This document shows positions 52,601 to 64,000 of a stretch of DNA of 64,000 nt, piece by piece. The stretch is from assembly GCA_053919585.1 (NCBI GenBank), contig CM132802.1, one strand, 5' to 3'. The position numbers were made by a program, and so were the translations under genes. The notes under the pieces were generated by a model, which was not told where the DNA came from, did no database searches, and saw only the letters and a list, made by a program, of their open reading frames with translations. Within the stretch, counting starts at the first letter, position 1, and each line of letters opens with the position of its first letter. Source of the DNA: Euprymna scolopes. Lineage: Eukaryota.

Positions 52601-54735
52601 GGATTATTATTTACTATTGGTAGGTAGGATTATTATTTACAATTGGTAGGTAGGATTATTATTTACTATTGGTAGGTAGGATTATTATTTACTATTGGTA
52701 GGTAGGATTATTATTTACTATTGGTAGGTAGGATTATTATTTACTATTGGTAGGTAGGATTATTATTTACTATTGGTAGGTAGGATTATTATTTACAATT
52801 GGTAGGTAGGATTATTATTTACTATTGGTAGGTAGGATTATTATTTACAATTGGTAGGTAGGATTATTATTTACTATTGGTAGGTAGGATTATTATTTAC
52901 TATTGGTAGGTAGGATTATTATTTACAATTGGTAGGTAGGATTATTATTTACTATTGGTAGGTAGGATTATTATTTACAATTGGTAGGTAGGATTATTAT
53001 TTACTATTGGTAGGTAGGATTATTATTTACAATTGGTAGGTAGGATTATTATTTACAATTGGTAGGTAGGATTATTATTTACTATTGGTAGGTAGGATTA
53101 TTATTTACAATTGGTAGGTAGGATTATTATTTACTATTGGTAGGTAGGATTATTATTTACAATTGGTAGGTAGGATTATTATTTACAATTGGTAGGTAGG
53201 ATTATTATTTACAATTGGTAGGTAGGATTATTATTTACAATTGGTAGGTAGGATTATTATTTACAATTGGTAGGTAGGATTATTATTTACAATTGGTAGG
53301 TAGGATTATTATTTACAATTGGTAGGTAGGATTATTATTTACAATTGGTAGGTAGGATTATTATTTACAATTGGTAGGTAGGATTATTATTTACAATTGG
53401 TAGGTAGGATTATTATTTACAATTGGTAGGTAGGATTATTATTTACTATTGGTAGGTAGGATTATTATTTACAATTGGTAGGTAGGATTATTATTTACTA
53501 TTGGTAGGTAGGATTATTATTTACTATTGGTAGGTAGGATTATTATTTACAATTGGTAGGTAGGATTATTATTTACAATTGGTAGGTAGGATTATTATTT
53601 ACTATTGGTAGGTAGGATTATTATTTACAATTGGTAGGTAGGATTATATTTACTATTGGTAGGAAGGATTATTATTTACAATTGGTAGGTAGGATTATTA
53701 TTTACAATTGGTAGGTAGGATTATTATTTACTATTGGTAGGTAGGATTATTATTTACAATTGGTAGGTAGGATTATTATTTACTATTGGTAGGTAGGATT
53801 ATTATTTACTATTGGTAGGTAGGATTATTATTTACAATTGGTAGGTAGGATTATTATTTACTATTGGTAGGTAGGATTATTATTTACTATTTGTAGGTAG
53901 GATTATTATTTACAATTGGTAGGTAGGATTATTATTTACTATTGGTAGGTAGGATTATTATTTACTATTGGTAGGTAGGATTATTATTTACAATTGGTAG
54001 GTAGGATTATTATTTACAATTGGTAGGTAGGATTATTATTTACTATTGGTAGGTAGGATTATTATTTACTATTGGTAGGTAGGATTATTATTTACAATTG
54101 GTAGGTAGGATTATTATTTACTATTGGTAGGTAGGATTATTATTTACTATTGGTAGGTAGGATTATTATTTACAATTGGTAGGTAGGATTATTATTTACT
54201 ATTGGTAGGTAGGATTATTATTTACTATTGGTAGGTAGGATTATTATTTACAATTGGTAGGTAGGATTATTATTTACTATTGGTAGGTAGGATTATTATT
54301 TACTATTGGTAGGTAGGATTATTATTTACTATTGGTAGGTAGGATTATTATTTACAATTGGTAGGTAGGATTATTATTTACTATTGGTAGGTAGGATTAT
54401 TATTTACTATTGGTAGGTAGGATTATTATTTACTATTGGTAGGTAGGATTATTATTTACTATTGGTAGGTAGGATTATTATTTACTATTGGTAGGTAGGA
54501 TTATTATTTACAATTGGTAGGTAGGATTATTATTTACTATTGGTAGGTAGGATTATTATTTACTATTGGTAGGTAGGATTATTATTTACTATTGGTAGGT
54601 AGGATTATTATTTACTATTGGTAGGTAGGATTATTATTTACTATTGGTAGGTAGGATTATTATTTACTATTGGTAGGTAGGATTATTATTTACTATTGGT
54701 AGGTAGGATTATTATTTACAATTGGTAGGTAGGAT
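31671..54735. repeat. 23-kb tandem array of a 26-bp unit (tttacWattggtaggtaggattatta), ~880 assembled copies, 100-N gap at 40325-40424
   Basis: Period of 26 (line phase recurs every 780 bp). Near-invariant apart from W = A/T. Confidence 0.99.
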
Positions 54736-54780
54736 CTTTCATATCGACAGTATAGTTAAAATATGAAAAAAATCCGACGA

Positions 54781-55310
54781 TATGATAAAACGGAGGTGGA
54801 AAGACCCAAATATTCAATGATGTTTCGCCCGTTAAATGCAGGCTTTTTCAAGAGTAAAAATGTAAAATGCTCACTGACAAGAAGATCAAGAGTATGTATA
54901 GAATGAAGCGGCGAGGATGGACAGTATATTATACATATTTACATGTGTATATACAATATGTGCTAAAAACAAAACAAAAACAACACCCTAAACACCATTT
55001 TTCCGCATATTATGGAGCATGGCCACCATTTTGATTTTGAAAATGCAACAATCCTAAAAACAATACATAGTAAATCTACACATTGTTGGATGGAATCCGC
55101 GTTTATCATCCACTCCCCCAATGTAATCAAACAAAGGAAAGGATTTTAAAAAACATTTCTCTGCACTTATATAAAATAATTATCCATGAAAATAATTTGG
55201 ACAATAGTTAATTTTTTTTGCAAATAGTGTATATACACATGTATATATGTATAATATACTGCCCCCCTTCACCACCTTACTCTATATATACTCTTAATTA
55301 ATTTTTTTTT
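54781..55310. mobile_element. Second PLE end: pLTR copy (54781-54968, same orientation as 28996-29185) followed by an inverted endonuclease C-terminus and 3'UTR (54975-55310, + strand)
   Basis: Plus-strand translation: NNTLNTIFPHIMEHGHHFDFENATILKTIHSKSTHCWMESAFIIHSPNVIKQRKGF*. 54781-54968 aligns with 28996-29185. Confidence 0.88.
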
Positions 55311-55663
55311 TAACATGAATAGGCCAAATCAATCAAGAGTAGGAAACGAGATCTAATATCTGTAACATTTCTTTTTCTTTTTGTTCACCTCTGTTAATGG
55401 AGGTAGTGTTTGATCAATACTGCTGGGGAGCCATGATTTAATATACTGTTTTGTTTTTAAATCCCAAAAACAGCGTTTCATGGTAAACAACTGATGATCC
55501 CTTAAATTACCATTAGGGTTATAATGAATTCGAGAAAGCAAGTTGATGCATTGATTGCAGGTGATTAAATGACTTACTGACTAGTTTTCTAACGAATGAT
55601 AAAAAAATATAAAAATTAACTAAGTTTGTTTTTATATAGTTTTAAAGGCTAAAAAACTTTGAA

Positions 55664-55665
<2 letters not shown>

Positions 55666-55733
<68 letters not shown>
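55666..55733. repeat. (TA)n microsatellite
   Basis: Seen directly. Similar tracts occur at 15815-15865, 19225-19291 and 28413-28462. Confidence 0.97.
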
Positions 55734-55736
<3 letters not shown>

Positions 55737-56887
55737 TAATGGGACGATTTCAACATTTTTCCTGATTCCAGTACAATTACTGATTCCATACTAAATTCCT
55801 GATTCTGATACAATTACTGATTCCTATTACAGTTTCTTATTCAATTATAAAGTTGCTATTTTCCCCCGATTACCGTAAAAACACATGTAAAATTTGCAAA
55901 CATTTTCTCAAGCATAAAATACAGTTGTGTGGGGGGAATGACATATAGATTTTTCTATTACCTGTAGTTTCAAATCAATAAATATTGGTATTTATTATTA
56001 CTACCAGCAATGGAAGATTTTACTTTTAAACAAAATAAAATTAAAAAGACAATTAAAAGAATTGTTTTTGGCATCGAAAAATAAGCACATAAATATGATG
56101 CCTACAAATATGCAGCGATATATATATTTTAAATATAATTAGTATATACATCGACATTTTTCTGTGAATTTTAACGTATCCTCAAGTTTCTTTCGACTCA
56201 CGTGCCGTTTCAGCTTATTCACTGAAGGATGTACTCTTTTTTACGTTCTCTGTTCATAATTCCATGACGAACTCCATGTAATTCTCTTACACACTTAGCT
56301 AAAGATGTTGATTTCTTATTAGTTTCTGTGTTTTTATTTTAAAAGATGTTATATGGTTATGTAATCTGCCCTTATATTGACAGGCTGTAGATCCTATATA
56401 CGTGCCAGTTCTACTAATTTCAATGACTTAACATTTATATACAAAAAATAAGGCATTTACCATTCAAGGGACATTCAGTTCTGTTTCTACAGTTACAATT
56501 GGTTCACTCTCAGTGTTCTGGTTCGTTATAAGATAGCCAAGATATTCTGGGAGTAATAGATTTCTTCACTTAGAGTCGATATAATATAACGTTTGATTAG
56601 GTTTATGGTATGAATCATATGTATTGTTAATAAAGTTGAGGCTTTACTACTTTATGGTTAAAATCAATAGTTACTTTTAGTTCAGTGTCTTTAACGAAGC
56701 TCCAAAAGAGTTGTTTAGTTATTTCTAAATTTCTATCCCCAGTGTTTATAAAGAATAGCATGTCATCCCTATAAAGACGCTCTCTTATACTCGGTATATT
56801 ACTTTTGATTTCCTTAATAATTTAATGACCCACAAGGTGTGTTACCAAGCTGAGTTGGGGGCTCCCATTGTAATATCAAAGTTTTTT

Positions 56888-57070
56888 TCTTTCGCATCTT
56901 CAGTTCCTTGCAAATAATTATGTGTGCAATTCCAACACTGGCATCAAACTGTGAACTTATTGTCTCTATAGACACAAGGCGGTCCTTATTTATGAAATTC
57001 TTTATTTGGCTAATCACCTCTGGTGTTCTGACTTCCTTATTCCTCCTAAACCTCTCATCATCCCTCACAT
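56888..57070 (-). mobile_element. Mariner transposase fragment (same family as 62708-64000)
   Basis: RDDERFRRNKEVRTPEVISQIKNFINKDRLVSIETISSQFDASVGIAHIIICKELKMRK aligns with 63095-63275. Confidence 0.9.
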
Positions 57071-57211
57071 TTGATATGATATCATTAAAAAATAATCAGG
57101 TAAAATCGAAACCGTGTACTCAATGTTTTCAGTTTGATAGTGTTCTAACTAAACCAAATTTTTGTCAAGTCGAATCTAAAAATCACATTGGCAAATAAAA
57201 TTATATATATA

Positions 57212-57968
57212 CTAGCAAAAGTACCCGTCGTTGACTGGGTTCAAAAACAGCCTACAGAAAATGAACTCTGATTTATGAAAGTATGATAGGTCATGAAAAG
57301 GAAGGCTTGTAAAGAGGTAGCTTCGAATTTGGGGGTATCAAAACCAAAGCAAAATATGATGAAAATAAAAATAAAATAGATAAACCCCATAATTTATTAT
57401 ACCATACCTGTTTACACTGAAACACTTATCACAATATTCTGTGGATCTATATTAAAAAACCTTGTTAAGCTTTGTGACATATTTCCATTCTATGGAGGTC
57501 AGACGCGAACGAACACCCCATAATTTTATTATATCATATTTCTTCAAACTGAAACATAATTATCAAAGTATACTTACGCAGATAGATATGAAAAGTCTTT
57601 ATTAAAGTTTGTGCCTATTTCCATTCTATGGAAGCCAGGCGTTAACGCAGACTCCACAATTTTATCATACCATCCCTATTTAAGTGAAAACATACTTATA
57701 AAAGTATTATTATGTACATCTGTATCAAAAACACTTGTAAACGCTTTTTTTTAATTTTTAAATTTTTTTATTTCCATACTTTGTGGACCAGGCACGTATG
57801 CAGACCCCACAATTTTAATGAATCATCATTATGCCAGATCAAACATACCCATTCCTGTGTCTCGATACATCTTCTATCATTATATGTGATCGGTTTTCTA
57901 TAATAGTCAACCATATATGAGCCTATTCGTGACCAGACACACACAGACGTTCAGCTTAATATTATAGA
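57212..57968 (-). mobile_element. Non-autonomous Helitron with internal degenerate ~130-150 bp tandem repeats
   Basis: Minus strand: A|TCTATAATATTAAG...acccagtc aac gacgggt (hairpin) acttttgCTAG|T. The internal motif accccayaatttta recurs four times. Confidence 0.8.
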
Positions 57969-58139
57969 TATATTAGGTTGGTTAAAAAATAATGTTGTTT
58001 TTTTTTGACGTTCAACTTCATGCGAAAAAACATTATTTTTTCACCAACATAATGAGTTTATGTTCCAATGAATCACTAGAAGGAGGATTTATATGGATAT
58101 TTGAAGCAACTAACATTGTTTTCCCTAGAGAATATTATA

Positions 58140-58752
58140 CATGTAGTATGAATTTTATTTCATCAAAATGGAATATGCATGTGGTATAAATTTCATAGAA
58201 ATGAAATATACATGTGAAATAAATTTCACAAAATAAAATAAAAGTGGTATAAATTTTATAAAAATGAAATAAATATATAGTGTAAATTATAAAAAAAATA
58301 AAATAAATATGCGGTGTAAATTACATAAAATAAAATAAACATGAGGTGTAAATTACATGAAAATGAGATAAATATGTGGTATGAATTTCATAAAAATGAA
58401 ATATACATGTGGCATAAATTTCATAAAAATGAAATATACATGCGGTATAAATTTCATAAAAATGAAATATACATGCGGTATAAATTTCATAAAAATGAAA
58501 TATACATGCGGTATAAATTTCATAAAAATGAAATATACATGCGGTATATATTTCATGAAAATGAAATATACATGCGGTATAAATTTCATAAAAATGAAAT
58601 ATACATTGGTATAAATTTCATGAAAATAAAATATACATGCGGTATAAATTTCATAAAAATGAAATATACATGTGGTATAAATTTCATAAAAATGAAATGT
58701 ATATATGGCATAAATTTAATAAAAATGGAATATACATGTGGCATAAATTTAC
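58140..58752. repeat. 33-bp minisatellite (ggtataaatttcataaaaatgaaatatacatgc), ~18 copies, with a self-complementary unit
   Basis: Produces the MRYKFHKNEIY repeat ORF. Internal hairpin atttcat-aaaa-atgaaat. Confidence 0.95.
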
Positions 58753-58849
58753 CTACCCTCGTATATTATACTGTATTTTATTTATTGAATTAATTGTTTC
58801 TGAATCTATATTAGATGAACATCCATTTCATGTTATTTATATAGATTCA

Positions 58850-59352
58850 CTAGCAGGCCTCCCGGTGTTGCTCGGTCATAAAACATGCATAAATATTATA
58901 TTTTAATTAACACAGAAACTGAGACATGTGCATACAAGTATTATGTTTTTCTAAACAGTTCACTTCTTGTAAGTAAAAAAAAAAAATACTCGAGCTGAGA
59001 ACGAAACCTAAAGACAGTGAGTCAAGTACGATAACCATTAGACCAGCTTCTTATGTTCTTTTAAAAGTATTTTTAAAACCTAGTTATTCTTAACATAAGA
59101 AAACTGTCATGTTTTACGACCGTGCATGAGGAGTTGTGAAACAGTTGACAAATAGATAAAAATCCGACGACCCTCATGTTTAATTTTTCAATTTTGACTC
59201 CTTAGCAGCATCTTTTTCGCAATGGAAACGGATTTAAAAGTTTTCCACTTATCTGAATACCCTATATACCAAATTTCAAGTCTGTAGATAAAAAATTCGT
59301 TGAGTATATAGGTTGAGAATTGTCCTCATAAACACATTGTCAATTTTATAGA
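58850..59352 (-). mobile_element. Non-autonomous Helitron
   Basis: Minus strand starts A|TCTATAAAATTG next to (GATA)n and ends ccgagcaacaccgggaggcctgCTAG|T. Confidence 0.7.
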
Positions 59353-60059
59353 TAGATAGATAGATAGATACGCAATGTGTTTGTGTATGTTCAATAAATA
59401 TCTTTTGTTAAAATAGTATTTTCTGAAAATATTATTTCATTTTTGTTTCATCTTCAAAAAAGAGTTGGCAAATGCGAAGCCTGATAAGATCGTTCATTCA
59501 TTAAACATTTATTCTTTATCTTGTTTTCAACTTCCTTAAGTGTCCTTCAGACGAATATGATGTAATTAATGCGAATTGATGTAATTTCTTCTGAGAAAAT
59601 GTCACCCCCCCCTAATCTAATACTTCCTCACCGTGGTAGAAGGAGTGACGACATTGTTATGTCAGAGATACCCAGCTTACAGGGTTCTGATGAAAATCCG
59701 AGAAAAGGTGGCATCAGGATCCTGTCGTCCTCTGGTCGTCTCTGCTTTTGCATGTGGCAAGCAAAAATGTGTTGGACACAAAACCGCAAATTAATAGAGT
59801 GAGCAACAACGTTGCCTTTGCAGCATTCTTTTATGTTTTCCGCTATTCTCGATGTTGAGAGTATATAACAGATTGGGGCCATGCGGTGGCAAAGAATTGA
59901 GTACGTTAGTTAGTTTAAGTGTGTAGTTTGCATAGATGGATGAAAGAAAGTAAGAAAACCAGTTTAGGAAACAAATAATAAATATTCCGAAGACAAATAT
60001 CAAACAATAAACAATAAATACAAGTGACAACAATGGAATTGAAAAACAAATGGCAAGCG

Positions 60060-60295
60060 TATATTTTATTTATTTATTTGCGGACTATTATCCTCATCTT
60101 TTTTATAGGTGTTGTTTCACATCGTTTCGGTCAATTATTCCCCTGGCCTTCGTCAGATTGTTAACCGTGATGGGGGTAGGAATACTGAATCTTCAACTAT
60201 ATTTTTAGTAATTACTGCCTTCCATAGTTGTTGTCATCTCACCACATTTTGGCCAATTAATCCTCTGGTCGGCTTTGGGTGAAACAACAACTATA
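60060..60295 (-). mobile_element. Copy of the 12.5-kb hammerhead element family
   Basis: Minus strand ~60117-60157 reads tCTGACGAaggccaggggaataattgaccGAAAcgatgtg. Flanks match the 12500 and 27600 copies. Confidence 0.8.
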
Positions 60296-60540
60296 ATACC
60301 ATGAAGCGTCGATGTGGCAAACAACGGAACCAGTATACAACGCAAGTATGCCCCTTTGTCTAAGCAATCCTCATGTTATTGAACTGTTTGTTGTATATGT
60401 ACAGGTCACATCCACATACGCATTGCTAATGAGTATAGACAATTATATAAACCTCATGACAATGACTAATTGTCTGTATTTTTGAGATGAGGTGTTTTCA
60501 TTTATTGAGATTGTCGGACTGACTTCCTCATCTTGGTTTT

Positions 60541-60599
60541 TATAGTCACAACGTTTCGGCCGTTTTGCCCTCCGGCCTTCATCAGGTGTTTTGTATTGA
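60541..60599 (-). ncRNA. Minimal hammerhead ribozyme motif, left arm of palindrome
   Basis: Minus strand: cac CTGATGA a ggccg gagggcaaaa cggcc GAAA cgtt gtg. Intact core, 5-bp stem II, palindromic AACGTT and CAC/GTG stem I. Confidence 0.8.
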
Positions 60600-60624
60600 G
60601 ACTCCTAACAAACAGTTCCCCAAT

Positions 60625-60683
60625 TCGATACAAAACACCTGATGAAGGCTGGAGGGCAAAACGGCCGAAACGTTGTGACTATA
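60625..60683 (+). ncRNA. Minimal hammerhead ribozyme motif, right arm of palindrome
   Basis: cac CTGATGA a ggctg gagggcaaaa cggcc GAAA cgtt gtg, with CTGATGA at 60639-60645. The C>T change keeps a G-U pair in stem II. Confidence 0.8.
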
Positions 60684-61475
60684 CTCATGGCAATGAATTG
60701 GTATAATATACATATGTGTAAAGACACTCATATATGATTATATATTATATAACATGGTGTCGTTGTAATGCTACAAAACGTCAATGTGGCTATGTACTAA
60801 GTGGAGAAACCTACAATCTTGCATGTTAACGAACGAGGACAATTCTGGAGCACAATTTTCATTAGCTTTATGTACAAGTATGACTCACTAAACAACCGCA
60901 ACAACAAAAATAAGAAACTAAACGAATGACCATGGGTATTTATGGGTATTTATTGCTTTTCCAGTGTTTGAAAAGATTTTTTATTGGTTGGAAATATTTG
61001 AGTTAACACGTTGCTGTGAAAAACTTACTTACTTTTGGAAGTGAAAGAGGAAATGAATTCCAATGAAGCAGAGAAAGAAAGAAGGTAGCAATTAGAAACA
61101 CTTGCTTGTTAGCGTTCATCAGAATTGTAGATATGACAAAAGGTCGAGAAAGTGGATTTGAGAAGCCAGCATCCTAGAAAAAGAGCATTCGGGCCTGTGA
61201 AAGTGCGTGGACAGCCGCATCAGCATTCTTTGCTAAAGACACTTCAGGCGACTGGCAATAAACAAGCCCGTTTTCAAAGGTGAAAAGGCAAAGTCTGGGA
61301 AGGTGAACCTTCTAGAACTGCACAGAACAGAACCATAACCTCACAACTGTCTTAACAATGACCAAGATCCTGATAGCTTTGGGACTGGGAGAAACCCCTG
61401 GCTGGTGGTATGGGAGTTTTGTTTGACCATTAATTGATTGGAACCGTGTTACTATCGATGATATAAACGTAATTC

Positions 61476-61477
<2 letters not shown>

Positions 61478-61518
<41 letters not shown>

Positions 61519-61793
61519 AGGCAATAGTCAGAAACTACACAATATACACTTACAAACCTTACATCGGTAGATTCAGTTTGTCTGCCACTTGGTTATAGTA
61601 AAAAAAAAAAAAAAATATTGAAATATTTTGTTGAAATCATTAATGCTTTCGTGGGCAAAAAAAAAAAATATTATTTCGTTCTTACTGGTAACTGTTAAAA
61701 AACCCCCCAAAAAACACTGAAACTAGGTCAAACAATCAGGCTTTTCCTTTCTTTTTTCTTTTTCTTTCAGTTATATCGTTCCAGTTTTGGAAA

Positions 61794-61859
<66 letters not shown>

Positions 61860-61860
61860 G
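61478..61860. repeat. (GT)n at 61478-61516 and (GA)n/(GACA)n at 61795-61860
   Basis: Seen directly. Confidence 0.95.
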
Positions 61861-62707
61861 GAGTGGGACGGAGAGAGGGAGAAGTCACAAAATGGAGATT
61901 TTATACACCTATTTAAACTCTCCTATTTCGTTATATTTTTGGGGCCGCGCTGGGTAGCCTTGACAGTCCAGAAATAAACGCTGCATCTACATCTATCGAA
62001 TGTAGCTGTGATGTGAAAAAATATATTCTCACACAAACTGTACAGACTGTCGTTCATTAAAAAAAAAAAAAACTCATGTTTAGCGTGAAATACTTTTTTT
62101 ATTAAATAAAACCTAATCAAGATTGTTTTCTACATTTTTAGGACAATTAATTCAACAAAAAACCTCGCAGAAAAAACTACTTTAATTTATACCAAGTTTT
62201 TAGTAGACGCTATTAACTTGGATGGCAGAGGACGTCAACAGTGATGTATTTTACTTGAGTCATCAGGGTGTTTTGGGTCTTGCAACATCATATTTCACTC
62301 GCCAAACTGACTTATTAAAAATGATGGCTCCCTGATATGGCCTCTATTTTATTTATTGCTAATAAGGCTACTTGGCGTTGCCCGGAGCATAAGTGTAACA
62401 TAGTTCCATTAAAACTTCTATCACTCTACTTCTCTCTATCTATCTCTCTATCTTTCACTCTTTCTCTCTTTCCTCCCTCGCCATTTTGCCACTCTCTTCC
62501 CAATCCTCTCTCACTGTCTCTTTTCCACCCACCCCATTCCTTTCTGGCTGGACATACACACACAAACACACAGACAAATTGGGCTTTATATAATAGATTC
62601 CTCATGGAATGAAGCATCATTCCCTTTTTATAAATTCGTAAATAATAACACTAAAAAACACCCAATTGCTCCTTAGAGAATGAATAATGTTTCTCCATTT
62701 CAATATA

Positions 62708-64000
62708 CGAGGTACCTTCAATAAGTTTTCAGAGCTTTTGTACAGTTATTCAAAATTGTCATAGACTTGTGAAAAGTTACTATGCCATTGCTTATATTAT
62801 AAGATAACTGACCAGTTTTTATGATTTCAAGTTCAAATGAACAGTTGAACAGCCACAGCAGCAATTTGAATACACCCTACTAAAGTCTGATTGTCACAGC
62901 TGGTGAATTTCAAAAATGCAATCTGGACGTGATGACACTTTAGACAAACGATATGCAATAAAAATCTGTTTTAAACTTGGAAAAAATGTCACAAAAACGT
63001 ATGGAATACTTCAGACTGCTTTTGGACCATCTTGCATGAATTGAGCATCAGTTTTTGAGTGGCATAAGAGATTCAAGGAAGGCAGGGAGTCTGTGACAGA
63101 TGATAAGAGGTGTTGAAAGAATAAGGAAGTCAGGACACCAGAGTTGATTGATCAAATAAAAAATTTCATGGATAAGGACCGTCGTGTGTCTGTAGAGATA
63201 ATAAGTGCACAGTTTGATGTCAGTGTGGGAACTGTACACACAATTATTTGTGAGGAACTGAAGATGGGGAAGATTTGCACAATGTTTGGACAATGTACCA
63301 GTCCACAACTCCATCCTTGTCACAGACTATTTGACCAAGATGGGCATTAAGACAGTTCCTCAACCTCCCTATGGTCCAGACCTTGCTCCTTCTGACTTTT
63401 GGTTATTACCTAAGCTCAAGGAAAACCTTAGAGGCTGTCATTATGAGACAAATGAGGAGATGAAAGAGGCTGTGACAAAGATCATTAGCATGCTCACACA
63501 AGAGGACTTCCATGGGGCCTTCCAGAAGTTATTGAAACAGTATCTGATGAACTGCAAGCACTTGTGCCCCCACGACGTGAACACCCTCGACAGACCCGAC
63601 AAGCTTCAAAATCCCACCCCCACACTGTAGAGATCCCTAGATGTAAAAGACCTTTCTACTCCGGTAGTTTCTTCCCCAGAACCGCTAGACTTTGGAATTC
63701 CATTCCAGGTCACTGCTTCCTCAACTGTACTGACATGCATAAGTTCAAGTGCAACGTAAACCAACATCTTGCTGCCCAAATCCCTACATAGTACCCAAGT
63801 AGTTGCTTCCCCTGATAGTAGCCCCCTACACCAAAGTGGCAATGTGCCTTGTTTGGGGTGAAAATGTAATAAAAAAAAAAAAAGTTCCACAAGTGCATTG
63901 TAACCGGAAGAGATTGCTTTGAAAGAAACTAAGGTTTCACGTGTGTACTCTAAAAAATAGTGGTCATACGAAAACAAGTTTGGAAACTTATTGAAGATAC
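62708..64000 (+). mobile_element. Internally deleted mariner (DD34D) element, interrupted by a LINE; right TIR cut by the window edge
   Basis: TA plus left TIR cgaggtaccttcaataagttt and right TIR aaacttattgaagatac. Protein remnants: RYAIKICFKLGK...VFEWHKRFKEGRE, DNVPVH and PPYGPDLAPSDFWLLPKLK. The WVPH-to-HDN segment is missing. Confidence 0.93.
63541..63883 (+). mobile_element. LINE subfamily B, 3' fragment with poly(A), nested in mariner
   Basis: HPHTVEIPRCKRPFYSGSFFPRTARLWNSIP..FKCNVNQHL. Mariner sequence resumes after the A-tract. Confidence 0.92.

Noticed and set aside
31671-54735. CRISPR array or telomeric repeat (GGTAGGTAGG resembles TTAGG)
   Set aside because: There are no unique spacers or cas genes. 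The array is interstitial, has a 26-bp unit and is continuous with PLE coding sequence.
58341-58906. MRYKFHKNEIY repeat proteins
   Set aside because: A 33-bp tandem repeat open in multiple frames on both strands, with no gene context.

Overview
AT-rich eukaryotic (most likely invertebrate animal) genomic DNA with five assembly gaps. No intact host protein-coding gene or RNA gene can be supported. The window is almost all repeats: 3'-end fragments of two CR1/L2-type LINE subfamilies, RLE-type (R4/NeSL-like) LINE fragments, mariner and Tc1-like transposase relics, three non-autonomous Helitrons, a solo LTR, MITE-like foldbacks and several minisatellites. Two things stand out. (1) A decayed Penelope-like element (PLE; GIY-YIG endonuclease remnant plus hammerhead-bearing terminal repeat) at ~29-31.7 kb has spawned two tandem arrays from its own sequence: a 53-bp array of ~39 copies and a 23-kb array of a 26-bp unit (~880 copies) that is essentially biallelic at one A/T position. 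A second copy of the same PLE end follows the array. (2) A dispersed set of short non-coding elements carries minimal hammerhead ribozyme motifs, several arranged as inverted repeats so that each strand encodes a ribozyme (12.5, 15.1 and 60.5 kb, with one-armed relatives at 27.6 and 60.06 kb). All calls were made by eye; no searches or folding were run, and boundaries are approximate unless termini are quoted.
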